Of a stretch of DNA of 64,000 bases, positions 1 to 11,490 are shown in pieces. The translations under genes and the position numbers were made by a program. The notes under the pieces are model-generated. The model was not told the DNA's origin, made no database searches, and worked only from the letters and a program-made list of their open reading frames with translations. Position 1 is the first letter of the stretch. Each line of letters begins with the position of its first letter. The stretch is from Paramoeba atlantica. Lineage: Eukaryota > Protista > Discosea. The DNA is taken from assembly GCA_977017575.1 (NCBI GenBank), contig CDRNVI010000037.1, positions 124,001-188,000 of the forward strand, written 5' to 3'.

Positions 1-720
1 AGGTGGTTTATACTGCGTTTTCGGGCTATGAGTCATTCTTTTCATCTCATTTTCACCTCAAGTTTCCACGCAAAAAAAATCGGTCAGCATACATATTCCT
101 CAGGGCCGACATACGGCTGGACTGTATACCACACATAATAGGATATGTTCTCCCTTCATCCGATCAATACGAGTGTCAACGGCAGCCCCAACATATGCAT
201 ACTTATCGATGTCCGACTTGAGAATTTCCCATAGCTCATCCGCGAGAACAGATTCACATTCTTGAAGTTTTCCGGTCTTTTTGAGGATAAGGGCTAGAAA
301 CTGTTCGATGGTGACATTTGGAGGCCATTGTTCCAGGAGCGACCGAACAAAAGTATGAAATTGCTGAGAAGGAGTGTTCATGAGAGCATGCATTCTGGGT
401 ACTATTCGTGTTGCGTAAAGTTCGGCTTCCCTTTCACACGACATAGCCATTTGAACAGCGTCAATTTTCTCCTTATCAATTCGAAGATCGCAGTGCTTAC
501 GATGTTGCTGATAATGATTACGAGTCTTATAATGAGATTCATGCCCCATGCCGTCAACGTGTATGGCCGTGACGGCAATTGAAAAAGAATACGTAAAGTA
601 GATGAATAAATAAGTGGGCATGTAAATAATGAGTCAAGAATGAAATACAGGACCTTTGCTTTTCTATCATCCGCTTATTTCGGTAACTTATCGCTTTAAT
701 ACTGTGTTTTAATTTTGATT
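1..720 (-). pseudogene. Degraded hAT-like transposase fragment, paralogue of 8593-10083
   Basis: ORF 100..621(-) has YVGAAVDTRIDRMKGEHILLCVVY, matching YGIAVDAGIDKVKAEHILLSVLY at 8663..9655. HESHYKTRNHYQQHRKHC matches FESHSRYKNVYDKHRREC. A shifted frame continues YVGPEEYV (vs YVGSEEYV). Several frameshifts; runs off the window edge. Confidence 0.6.
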
Positions 721-931
721 TGCACTCTCCCCTCACACTTTCTCGTTTTTTGTTCACGAGAACGCCGGGCTTGGGACCGGTATCTAGCGTGTTTTTGGAG
801 CTGTGATAATGGGGTTTTACATGTAGTTGTAAAAGTGGGGTTTTAGTTGTAAAAGTCGTGGTCAAAGCCCATTTGTTTTTTATTGCTTGATGAATTATGC
901 CCATTGTTTAAGAATGCGAAATCCGAACATC

Positions 932-965
932 CTCCCCGGAATGTTAAACCGGACTGTGGTTTAGT
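932..965. repeat. Dispersed 34-bp repeat, identical copy at 30107-30140
   Basis: CTCCCCGGAATGTTAAACCGGACTGTGGTTTAGT occurs at both places. A diverged copy lies at about 22693-22722. Confidence 0.85.
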
Positions 966-1933
966 TTTTCTTTTTTTCAAAAGTCTGTGTCAACAGTATT
1001 AAACTGCTCTCCCTCTACGATCGATTCAGACCCCACCTTCAAGTTTCCAGGGCTTTAGCGGAAAAATGTAGTTCCATTAGTGAAACAAAATCTTTGTGAG
1101 AGATCTCATGCCCTTCGGCAAGAACGGTAATGTATCATCTACACACATCATGTACGTTGCACTGCATGCGTCCCTTCTGTCGTTCAATGTTATTTGGGTC
1201 ATTGAAGAAGACGCGAACCATACACTGCAGCAGATCGTCTAACAAGCGCCGCTTTTTATTTTCAATGTGCAATATATGCCCGAATTCACGTTCGGAATGA
1301 GTTTCGGTAAAATGAATTTTATTCCGCGCTAAACGATAAATGCGGAGATGCTTGTACTTTTGGGAATTTGAGGTCTTCCAATAGTTTTCAATGAGCTGCC
1401 CATTGACGTCGTGGATCATAAGATCGAAATCGGAGTCAAAACTTTCGCTTGAGAAGTTATTCTCAAAATACCGGATCACTCTGCTTTTTTCCCATAGTAC
1501 ATAAGCATGGTTTTTATGACGCTGTTCTTCATCTCTTTTACATATTTCTCCGTACTGAAGTCGGAATACTTAACGTAAGGAGAAAGAGCACATAAAAACA
1601 AAAAAAGGTGAACGCAGTTGCTTGTAGTAGCGCATACGGAGGTAGGGAACAATAGCCTTAGTACTCACTTCATCAGTTCGCTAGTGCTCCATCAAGGTGA
1701 AAAACCCGTTGACGCATTGGAGCGAAGTTGTTGAAGATGATTCGCATAGCTCGCCAAGCATTCTCAAAGGCATAAGCAAGTGATACTTTTAGGAGGGTTT
1801 TTTGATCTTCGGCAGTGAAAAAATCAGAAGTATCAGGCTTATTCCACGCCTTCAGCGCTTCCGTAATCCTCTCATTATGATGATCCTCTCATAACATAGC
1901 TGCAGAATTATTAATAATTTATGTGTTGAATCT

Positions 1934-2550
1934 TTTTTAGTGGCTTTGTTAAACGCGGTGGTTGTTTTCAACTTAGAGGGTTGAAACCTGTTAAGTTTTG
2001 CCAGGTTTTGCCAGGACACCTATTTTTGGGGGCATCATTTTTGGGAGGCGTGTCACGGCTTCAAGAAGGGGTATCTTGTGAAAACAACGCCGTAGAAAGC
2101 TAGTATAGGTCCTAAACTCTCAAACTATTACAGGTGAAACGATTTTGAAAAACTACTTTTTAAGCCATATTTTTCGCCAAGTTGACTTTTTTTCAATTTT
2201 CTTTTCAGAAAAAACCGAACTTGGCGGCCCCGTCCTGTTGATACCAGGGGGAGTCGTCCCCGAGTACGGGGGTTGAAAATGTGCACCAAGACCTCGGCTA
2301 CCCTTTCTGGGGGTATATTTCGAAAAATATTTTTTTCAAAATTTTTATTTTTTGTGGCGCGAAAATGATTTGCAGCATGGAGACCAAGTGTGTTCTTCAC
2401 TATTTTTGACAAAGTACTTCGCCACGTCAATCAGGAATAAGCGGGTTTTGCCAAGTTTTGCCTTTCATAGGTTTCAACCCTCTTAGAAGTCACTCGTGCT
2501 GCGCGCTTCGCGTTGAAAACTGCCTCCGCGTTTAACGAAGCCACTAAAAA
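1934..2550. mobile_element. Palindromic mini-element (about 108 bp when empty), split by a nested MITE
   Basis: Arms TTTTTAGTGGCTTTGTTAAACGCGGTGGTTGTTTTCAAC and GTTGAAAACTGCCTCCGCGTTTAACGAAGCCACTAAAAA. An uninterrupted relative lies at 32681-32787. Confidence 0.8.
1976..2482. mobile_element. Tourist-like (PIF/Harbinger-type) MITE, 507 bp
   Basis: TIRs GAGGGTTGAAACCT / AGGTTTCAACCCTC, with TTA duplicated at 1973-75 and 2483-85. The empty site CAACTTAGAAGTC is seen in the 32681 copy. Confidence 0.85.
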
Positions 2551-3867
2551 GGAAAAAGCATCATGGATAAACAATTTTTTCGGGTGAAAAAGCTCAATTT
2601 TTTGGCGAAAATGGCGAAATTTTACCCCGAATTTGGGTCGTTTTTGATGTCTTACCAGTAGGGGTAGGGGACAAATCTGTCGAAAAAAACGTCGCAGAAC
2701 GGTAGCTGAGGTCCCAAACTCCTAAAATACAGGGTCGTTCAGCATTTTTTGAACAATTCTTACAACTTGTAAGTTACAAGTGTATGTTTTCTTCAATTTT
2801 TTATTGATGTACCTCAAAAGACAGGCGCGAGCCTCCTCTAGAAAGGAAAGATACGATGAGTTTGTCGCCAAGCGCGGTTCAGACGCTAGTAATTGTTTTG
2901 GTAATTTTTATTTGGCGCCTTTCGTCCAGATGAGCGGCTAAAAAACGATTTTCTTTAAACTCTTCGAATCGTGAAAGAAAAGCTTGTCTTTACTCATACG
3001 TATTTGAAGCATGCGTTCATATGTATTTGAAGCATCGGTTAAAATAAGGAAAATTCGGCCTTTAAAAAAAAAGTTTATGTCGGTAAAGCAAATTAAGAAT
3101 GCTTACATTGTTTTCATAAGTAAAAAATCGCCACGACTTCGCACGCTTCACTTTTACGACTTCCTCAACTTTCCTTCTTGGACTCTTAGATATGAATATA
3201 ATCACAAAAATCATGAATGTCTTCAAACATTCTTAGAAGAACATCGTTCCCGTTCACCTTCAACTTCCCGTTACACTTCTCCGCCAAAGCGCGTACTCGG
3301 TGACACCGCTTCTCCGCCTTTCTCCCGAGAACACTTCCCTCGCGTTTTAAAGCTTTCTTAACGAGAGAGTTAGCTCCCTCTACCGTGTTTGTGTGAACAC
3401 CTCCCGAGGTCACCCATTCCCGGCGGTGAACCACACTTTCCCACTTGCACTGCCCGTTTAGCTGTAGGTTATGTCGAGCCGAGTCAGTCCAGATCTTAGT
3501 GCGTGGACCTGCAGCTAAGGTCGTTATACCTGGAAGTAATGAATCTGCACTACGATCAGGGACAATTTCCATAAAAATGTTTCGTAATTTATTGTCCCTA
3601 GTTGTTTCAACAATGGACCCCCAGCAACTTCGGTACATTTCTGGGGCCACTGTGGGCCACTATGGGACAATCGGTGCCACGATTGGACACTTCAGAGTTT
3701 AAGTTGTGCATTTTGATTGCTTTTAAGTTGTGTATATTGAGTTCGTAGGGATTTCGTTCTCATGTATTTTTGGTCGACCACGTACAGCAGTTGTAAAATA
3801 GAACGAAATGAAGTAACTATGTACATCTAGAATTAAACGTCTGTTTCACAGTAATAAGGCTACTAAA

Positions 3868-4764
3868 ATGGAAAAAATGTTTTGTCCACGCTGCAAAGCA
3901 GACCGTAACGTAAGTCTTGGAGACCCCCGAACGTGTGTAATGTGTGCCTGTCCCATCGAATGCGATGTAAAGGACCCCTGTATTCAGTGTCACAGGGTTT
4001 CAGTTCTCATAGGTTCAAACTACTGCCCGTTGTGCAATTCCCCTCAAGATGGAAAACGACTTCCCGCCAACACCTTAGACCACATTTATGCTCGTGGTCT
4101 GAAGGAAGAAAATGTTCTTAACGCATGTGCTGAGTACGTGGGTCGCATGCTCTGCGGTACGAAGCTTGCGTTCGGACATGTGGCCCACGTCCTTATTCTT
4201 ATCAAAAGGGCAAAAGATGTTTCTATAAAAAGATATATCTCGCGTTCGGCCGAAGCAGTTTGCTCGTATTTTAACCATGCGTTGCATCCAGAGGAGCGGG
4301 GCTCTCTGCAGGAGTTTTTGCGAAACCTCTGGAACTTGTATGAGGGCAAGCGCGCCAATGAAAAGAAGGTTCTGAGAGACACAAAGACTGCGTTGGTAGC
4401 AAGTTTTTTGTCGGTTCTAGGTGACTCAAGATTTGAAATTGATCGAAAGTTTGTTCACCAAGTTCAGGGTGAGATTATGGACAAACTTGGCAATTCAATG
4501 GAGGAGAATGATCCTACTGAACTTCTTTCTATCCGGGACGACCTTGTTCAACTGCGGATTCTCAAGAAGGGAAAGACTTCGAATGCTCATCTTATTCACG
4601 TTGCCCGACCTCCTCGTCAAACTTTGACTGCCGCAGATCAGGAAGTTGAGATAGTTGAAGTTCGGAACGATGAAAACCTGGTCAGCAATCCGAAGAGGCA
4701 ACGCGTTTCCCGCATTGCTTCAACTTCAAGTTCGAACACTTTGCATTTTAAAAGTCGTAAGTAA
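3868..4764 (+). CDS. Transposon accessory protein with N-terminal double zinc ribbon (4x CxxC), 298 aa
   Basis: Intact ORF with CPRC, CVMC, CIQC and CPLC in the first 57 aa, inside the 3615-6770 element. Confidence 0.75.
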   Translation: MEKMFCPRCKADRNVSLGDPRTCVMCACPIECDVKDPCIQCHRVSVLIGSNYCPLCNSPQDGKRLPANTLDHIYARGLKEENVLNACAEYVGRMLCGTKLAFGHVAHVLILIKRAKDVSIKRYISRSAEAVCSYFNHALHPEERGSLQEFLRNLWNLYEGKRANEKKVLRDTKTALVASFLSVLGDSRFEIDRKFVHQVQGEIMDKLGNSMEENDPTELLSIRDDLVQLRILKKGKTSNAHLIHVARPPRQTLTAADQEVEIVEVRNDENLVSNPKRQRVSRIASTSSSNTLHFKSRK

Positions 4765-4943
4765 GTTGTAGGCCTGTAAATCGCAAGTAAGTTTTAAGCG
4801 GTTATGTTGTAAGTGAAAAAGTTGCAAGTAAGGAATTTGGAAGTAAGGAATTCAAAAAAAATCGTAAATCAAAGAATTTTATTTAATATAGAATCTTTCT
4901 TTCCTCTAATAAAATCATAATAATTTTCCTCTACTTGATACTG

Positions 4944-6626
4944 ATGCTTGGTCGTATTGACACCCCGGAATATGACACACCCGTTAATAAACCCCCCACA
5001 GCGAAAAGTCACCCCCCTCTAACTTTTCAGCCAAGCGTCCGTTTGAGCTCATTTTTGTTGCATTTTGCTGTTCCCAACACAAAGACTTTGTGCGTTATAG
5101 CATGGAACCAAAACTCTCAAATGCGTGCATCCGATAGATGGATTATCACTTTCTTCACATTTTTCAAGAGACCAATTTCTCACACTTTAACTAATTAAAT
5201 ATTTTCCTCCCATGAGGAAATCAGTTATTTCTGTCCGTTTTTGCTGAGTTTTGTTGCAAACGAGAAATCTCGTTCTCTGTAAAAGCGTCATCAAAAAAAT
5301 GAGTTTTAATTTCTTATCTGTGAAAAGGTTTAAAAACAGCGGGAACGTGCAGATCTCAAAATTTTGAACGAAAAAGTGGTGCCGCAACCCCCCGAAGCCT
5401 CGTTGTACAAAACAAAGAGGGGGGTGACTTATTCGCTGTGGGGGGTTTATAGCTGAAACCCGTGACGCACCACCTGATACATCCCGCGATGCACCTGAAC
5501 CTGATGCTCCCTACGAAAATAAATATTCAGAGTTGTCTTTATGCGGTTTAACTCATCGCGCTCTCACCTTTCTAAAACAATTTTATCCCTTTGAAGAAAT
5601 TTTTGCGAGCTTTCTTTTTTTGCGGTGTGGGGGTAGCTACGACATTGTATCAGAACTCATATCCTTGAAATTCGGAACCGGTTGGTCTGAACGTTCTTGT
5701 TCTGACAAGATACCCGCGTTTTTTAAAAAACTGCATTCCGATATGAAGGATACATGGCTTTGTTTGGATTCTGATATTTTGCACCATGAATCAAACGCAG
5801 TTCTTCCTTTTTGGGATAAGGACATAAAGGTGGTGATGGACACAGTGCCACTGTACGTTGATAGCTTGCCTCACTGCTATCAACCCAAATATGCTACACA
5901 CGTCGTGAAAGCGCTCGTAGCATCTACAATATCTGGGTATGTTTGCTTCACAGCAGACACATTGTACTGTGGAGCCTCATCCGACGCCGTTATTCAGGAC
6001 TGTAGTGGTATTCTGGATTTTCTGGCACACAATCGTGTTCGCGCTCTTGCTGACGGGGGATTTTACGATGGTCTTACTGATAGATTAATAGTACCCCATT
6101 CTAAAGACAAATTTGGTGTTCGAAGCGCCCAAAATCTAAGTCTATGCAGAAACATCATGATTCAGAAGCAGAGGGTAAAATGTGCTTCAATGAAAAGTTG
6201 GCTCATTTTAGATCGCGAGTCGAACACATTTTTTCTCGTTCGTGCTGTGGCAAATGGCTGGCTTTTAAGCAGTGGACTCGTAGTCCAGATTTTCTTTACT
6301 ATGCTTTTTCGCGCGCTCTCATGGTTCATAACATGGAAGTGTTTCATAAATATGGACCTCAAGGAAGATGTCCACCTCTTACCCCTGAGAAAGTGGAAGC
6401 AGTTAAAAAGAAGATAATAGAACACAAAGGACAATCTTCCAGATATGGAGTATCTGACAGTTCTACTATCACAGGTCCGATGGACAAATACACGTATCCT
6501 AAAAATCTTGATGCGTATGTTTTTTTCGTGAACAACAATCCCCCCACCAGCACTCAACCAATAACCCCCTATGATCATACACTCTACGCTCATATACAGT
6601 TACCCCTCCTCACTATACTTAGCTAG
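4944..6626 (+). pseudogene. PIF/Harbinger-type (DDE_Tnp_4-like) transposase, interrupted by a MITE and one frameshift
   Basis: Motifs VVMDTVP, YQPKYATHVVK, GASSD, ALADGGF, FNEKLAHFRSRVEHIF. Removing 4990-5447 plus one TA restores ...TPVNIAETRD... in frame from ATG 4944. Frameshift near 6120. Confidence 0.85.
4990..5447. mobile_element. Tc1/mariner-derived MITE, 458 bp
   Basis: TIR AACCCCCCACAGCGAA(A/T)AGTCACCCC, with TA TSD at 4988-89 and 5448-49. The ends resemble the Tc1 element at 10377-11268. Confidence 0.85.
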
Positions 6627-7539
6627 GTACGCTACTTATCAGAGAATCACTTGCCTCTATGTCGTCACGATTCTCCGGCGACGCTCGATTTTTGGGGCCA
6701 CTATTGGCCACTGTGGGTCGTCTTGTGCCACTTAGTCCACTACGGGCCACCCAGGGACTGCATTGGGTCCAATGGTTTGAGCCACCTGGGTTCCTGCCTG
6801 TCGCACCCGCCTGGCACGGTTGTTCCCACCTCGCTTTCGTACCGAGAAAAACATTTCGTCGCACTGCATGGAATTAACAGTGCCGCGCCGTCGAATCTTC
6901 CGACGAGTGTGAGCGGTGCTCATGATCGCATCAAACATTTGCTTAAGGCTGACAATAGTTTGATGGCTTAGGTCGGTCTCTGTCTCGGAACCCGCGTGAG
7001 CTTCGCCACGAGAGTACAGCAGGATGAAGTGCAGAGTTTGTCTTGCACTTTTTTTCGCCTTCCCAGTCAAAAGAGGCCCCATGGCACCGTATCTACCCTT
7101 GCATTTCTTAGTACAGTGTCACGCGCTACCCTCTAATTCCACTTCTTTTGGTGATGAGTGTGTCCGTTTTCCACAGACAACCCTTCTCGCGACAAGCCCG
7201 TGGCTTCGAAGCCACTGCTCGCACTGTGCTTCGGTCCAGCGTGATATACGGCTGAGGGTGAACTTTTTTCGACAAGCAAACCCCCGACACCCCTGGCATA
7301 CCATGGAAAATAACGGAAAAAGGGTGTAAAATGACGCCCTACGTAGATAATGTCTTTTTGTTGAAAAGAAAATTGTCAAGCTAAAAAGTCATAAAAAAGC
7401 GAATTTTCCTTTACTTTCCCCGAAGCATCCGATAGGGTAAGAATTTGATACTATCAAACGCAAAACGTGTGTTGTTGTAGAGTTTCCAAATTTCGTTTTT
7501 TCCTTTACTTTCTAAGAAAGTAAAGAAGTTTCTTGGAAC

Positions 7540-8330
7540 ATGTCATTGCGATTGGATGAGGAGTCAAGTTACTGTACTTCCCTTCGCTCTGATGCTAGCT
7601 CAATCTCAAATCTGAGCGTATCAACACCATCCTCACTTGGTGATGACCCGGATTGGACTTTGAGTGTTTTCTTGGTAGATTCAAGCGATAACTCTCTTAT
7701 TAGTGAAGATGAGTGGAGTGATGGGGAGGGTCTTGTAGCATATGGCCAAGTAGCTTGTAACATCGAACGCGGTGAAGATGAAAATTTTTTAGATTTTATC
7801 TCACGAACAAAAGGGGGGTTTCATCTCGCGCGAGCTCTATCCCCTACGAGAAAATCTCACCCCAAAAAAAATATGATCCAGTGGTTGAAGAATTGATTAG
7901 CAATAGTCTTTCTTCTCAGCAACCAGAAGATCTAAGAGCAGAAATTCCACACGAGATCGAGCCGAGAATTCCAAATGTACAACCAAGTCACGACGAGGAA
8001 AAAAATCAAACAGAAGTAACGGCGGATGAGGTGCGAAGCAAAAGGAACGTCGAACGTACTCTACGAAGACGTATCGAAAGCTAACAACACAAACTGCGTT
8101 TGCGCACACGGCAGTTACGAAATGCTGTAAATCGTAACTGTAAGCAAGAAACACGGTATGATGAAATATGTAAGAGGGTAAACGCAAGCATGAAAAACAG
8201 TGAGTTCACCCGCAAAGAGGTTGAGATTCGATGCTCTCTGTTAGAAAACGAACTAAAGATAGTAAAGGAAGAAGAGCACTTCTTGAAGTACGACACAGGG
8301 AAGAGGAGACTGAGGGCCTGTACTTTGTAC
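7540..8330 (+). pseudogene. Uncharacterised acidic + coiled-coil protein, frameshifted; paralogue at about 43204-43990 (-)
   Basis: Three consecutive ORF pieces (A8 frameshift at 7864-71, stop at 8082-84). Shares DPDW...I(S/C)EDEWS...AY..ER.E.EN and a C-terminal coiled coil with the 43-44 kb locus. Confidence 0.5.
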
Positions 8331-8592
8331 ATACCCCTGCCGGGTAAATGGGTAATTACCCGGGTCTGCGACCCAGTTACCCGCACCGACCCGCATTGAC
8401 AGGTCGTCTTAGAAAGCTACATATACACGTATACATCTGTTTGTTGAATCTTGTCATCGGGAAATAAACGTGCATCTTTGTTTCGGACCTTATGGTGAAG
8501 TGTTTTAAGGCTAAGTAAGAAGTCAATAATCATATTATTCTTGTGTTTGATCGCACTAACTAATCTCTTCTTACTTAAACTTATCTGTACTC

Positions 8593-8775
8593 ATGGCTCG
8601 TCAACGACGATTAGAGCAGACACCTAGCACGCCTGAATTATTTTCTTCATCTGATACTGAAGATGGTAATACCCCTGAGTCAAAAAAAAATGAAGCATCG
8701 CGATACTATACGGCACAAAATGACAGTAGAATCCTTATCTGGGAAATTCGTGCTCCTGCGCTGTCCTCCCGGATG

Positions 8776-8823
<48 letters not shown>

Positions 8824-10083
8824 TATTATCACCGATCCTTTGCGCCAAAAGCTTCATTTCATATGTACCAAGGAAGGATGCGCTTTTGAATCTCACTCTC
8901 GTTATAAAAATGTGTATGACAAGCATCGCCGCGAGTGCTCAAGATCTCTTGAAAATTCCCGATTGGCACAGGTGGAGAGTGCAAATAATCAGGGAGTAAT
9001 TGTACAGCGCTTCGTAGGAAAAGTACTGCCATGCTTGCAGACCCTAACGAATCTTTCTTCTAGTCGGTTTGTCTGGCTCGTTCATAAGTACGAGGATTTA
9101 CGCCCTGATGTACCTGGAACAATGATAAAAAGAGCCCTTCCGGAATCAAATTTAAAGAAGTGGCACCACTATTGTGAAGTGCTGTCGCAGGACATATGGG
9201 GAAAACTTTCTGCCGACGTAGACTCGCGCAAGCTCTATGGAATTGCCGTAGACGCGGGCATTGACAAGGTAAAGGCTGAACATATCTTGTTGTCTGTGCT
9301 GTACGTTGGGTCAGAAGAGTATGTCTTACCACCGATATATTCTCCAAGGCATCGTGCCTTTGACGGAAAGACGGCAGCTGAGCAATTGATTTCTACTCTT
9401 CTGGCGAACTTCTACTCTTCTGGTGAAGTTCGTTTGCTCAAAATGAGATACATGATTGCGGACGGCAGTGCTGTAAATCACGTGGCCAGAAACCACTGTG
9501 AAGGCGAGCTCAAGCGAATATACGATCGGATTACACCCATTGGTGAGTCTGATACGGCTGCGCTGTTGCAAGGTATTTCTTCTCGAATGCCGCGCATTAC
9601 TCTCCTACATATCCTACGTAGTACTCCTACGTATCTTGCATCGGACATATGCTAAACAATGTTTTCCAAACAGCCTTGAAACCATACGAAGAGCTCCGGT
9701 GCTTCGCCTTTAAAAAAGCTTTCAGTCAAGCTTTTTACTCCGGAGGACGTGCAAGCGCCATGAAAGGTAAATATCGGGGCGTTGCCCTGGATTTGGCGCT
9801 CACCCATTTCGGTCGAAGTATCCTAAAAGCAGAAGAAACGTTTCGACAATCATATCATGGACTTGGCGAAGATGTTCCTACCTTCTGTCGAAAAAGGCTA
9901 CAGAACACCCTGCTTGAATGTGTGTCGAAATTAAAGGACGTTTCACCGTGCGAGTCGGAACCAATAATTGAGGCACTGTCAACAGATCAAAAAACGTGGA
10001 AAGAGAAGCATTGTCTCCTACTCTCTGAGGGAGTAAAGTTGCTGAAGTCCTTACAAGCGGCACGGGAAACCTACAAATTGTAG
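8593..10083 (+). pseudogene. hAT-like DDE transposase with frameshifts
   Basis: YGIAVDAGID, RYMIADGSAVN, and, after a frameshift near 9610, the CxxH motif CIGHMLNN. N-terminal Cys/His finger. Frameshift at the A9 run 8682-8690. Confidence 0.6.
8780..8821. repeat. (CA)21 microsatellite
   Basis: Direct reading. It encodes a Thr-His run in the hAT-like ORF. Confidence 0.95.
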
Positions 10084-10376
10084 GAGTCGATTTTGGAAAA
10101 ATAATATTTTTACCTTTTCTTGGGTCAAAAAATAATTTTTTAGGTCACCCCAAAAATTTTGACCTTGTCGGACCCCTCCGACGCCTACCGGGGGGTACCC
10201 CCAGGTGGGGGGTGGAAAATCATCGCCGCGGCATACTCTATCACCTCCCTGCGCACGATTTTGAAATTTTCAAAAAACGACGTATGCCCCCCCTAGACCC
10301 CCCCTAGACATATTTTTCAATTTTTTTTCAATTTTGCACCACCGGAGCCCCTTCTATATTTTTTTCCCCTATTATA

Positions 10377-11268
10377 AACCCCCCCAAGGAAAAGTGACCC
10401 ACCCCTTTTTTTCGTACAAGTGTCCGTTTGAGCTGATTTTTGTTGCATTTTGCAGATCTCAACACAAAGACTTTGCGCGAGAAGGAATGAAACTAAAAGA
10501 AGCGAATAAGTATAATTTAGAGAGAGATTACCATTCTTTCACTTTTTCGCCGTTCAATTTTATACACTATTTAAGGCGAGAGTCAAAGCTTAAGACCGTT
10601 TTGTCGATCACTTTTTGAGGCAAAGAAGACCATGCTTTACGTACACATCGGATAAGTGAAGGTTTGTCCGATCGCGTTTGTTCGTCTACTGCCTCTTGAA
10701 CCATAGACCAGACGTTTTCTATGGGGGAAAGGTCTGGTGAATTGGGGGCCAATTTTTTAATACATCTTTCATTCTACTTGTAATGTAGTCCTTAGAGGCG
10801 TGGGCGGTATGTGCCGTGGCCCCATCTTGTTGAAAAATACAATTCATGGGGAATGTTACCTTTTTGAGCGTCTCTATATAGGACATACTCGTGATAGACG
10901 AGTCAGAATCCAGAATAACCAAGTGTCTCCACCCTACTCCTGTGGCACCCCAAACTTGACATCTTGGCGCCCAGCGTACTTTTTGACGCGGGGCTGCTTT
11001 TTGACCGGGTGCTACCCACATATTCTTTCGGCTATCATTCGTTTCAAATATTTTTTCGTCTGTAAATACAACACGAGATGTATCCATACTGTAAGTTTTT
11101 GCAAAGTTTACTCTTTTTATTTTTTGTAACTCAGTGAGGCCTTGGCACATAGAGCACACAGAGCTGAAAATAGCGGGAACGTACAGATCTCAAAATTTTG
11201 AACGATAATGTGGTGCCGTAACCCCCCTACTCCCCCATGTGCGAAAAATAAGGGTGGGTCACTTATTC
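10377..11268 (-). mobile_element. Internally deleted Tc1-like element with transposase C-terminal fragment
   Basis: VVFTDEKIF, FQQDGATAH and (frameshifted) PNSPDLSPIENVW. TA plus AACCCCCCCAAGGAAAAGTGACCC at the left end; the right end is truncated. Confidence 0.85.
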
Positions 11269-11490
11269 AATTTTCCTCTTATATTTTCACTGTTTTTGTT
11301 CACCTTTTTTTTCAATAATCGAGGGTAGAGCGGTAGTTATACAACCGCCGCAAATATTATTATTGTTAACAAATACTATAACGGCAACATGGGACTTTAA
11401 GTCAAGTTTGAATCAACAAAATAAAATGAGTTTATCACTGCAGAACGCCAATTCACATTCTCTCGTTCCTTTACTTACTATCTTACGAAA

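Larger units (their letters stand above)
3615..6770 (+). mobile_element. Two-ORF PIF/Harbinger-related (PHIS-type) DNA transposon
   Basis: Termini GGACCC...GGGTCC flanked by AAT on both sides (CAATG if the TIR is read as GACCC). Removing it restores the Merlin frame. It contains a zinc-ribbon ORF and a DDE_Tnp_4-like transposase. Confidence 0.85.
3186..7304 (-). pseudogene. Merlin/IS1595-family transposase split by the 3615-6770 insertion
   Basis: The N-half (ATG 7304, MVCQGC..., QCDEMFFSVRKRGG) joins the C-half in frame across the insertion (AQTI|VETTRD...KIWTDS...VVH...GVHTNTVEGANSLVK). One nonsense codon at 7119-7121. Confidence 0.85.

Noticed and set aside
1135-1900. Homology between this degenerate ORF and 21115-21411 (IH(D/N)VNG)
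   Set aside because: The match is only six residues and both regions are broken by stops, so no family can be supported.
3933-6593. Short overlapping or antisense ORFs across the transposases and LRR genes
   Set aside because: They are shadows of the real reading frames, with no independent motifs. The same applies to similar ORFs throughout the window.
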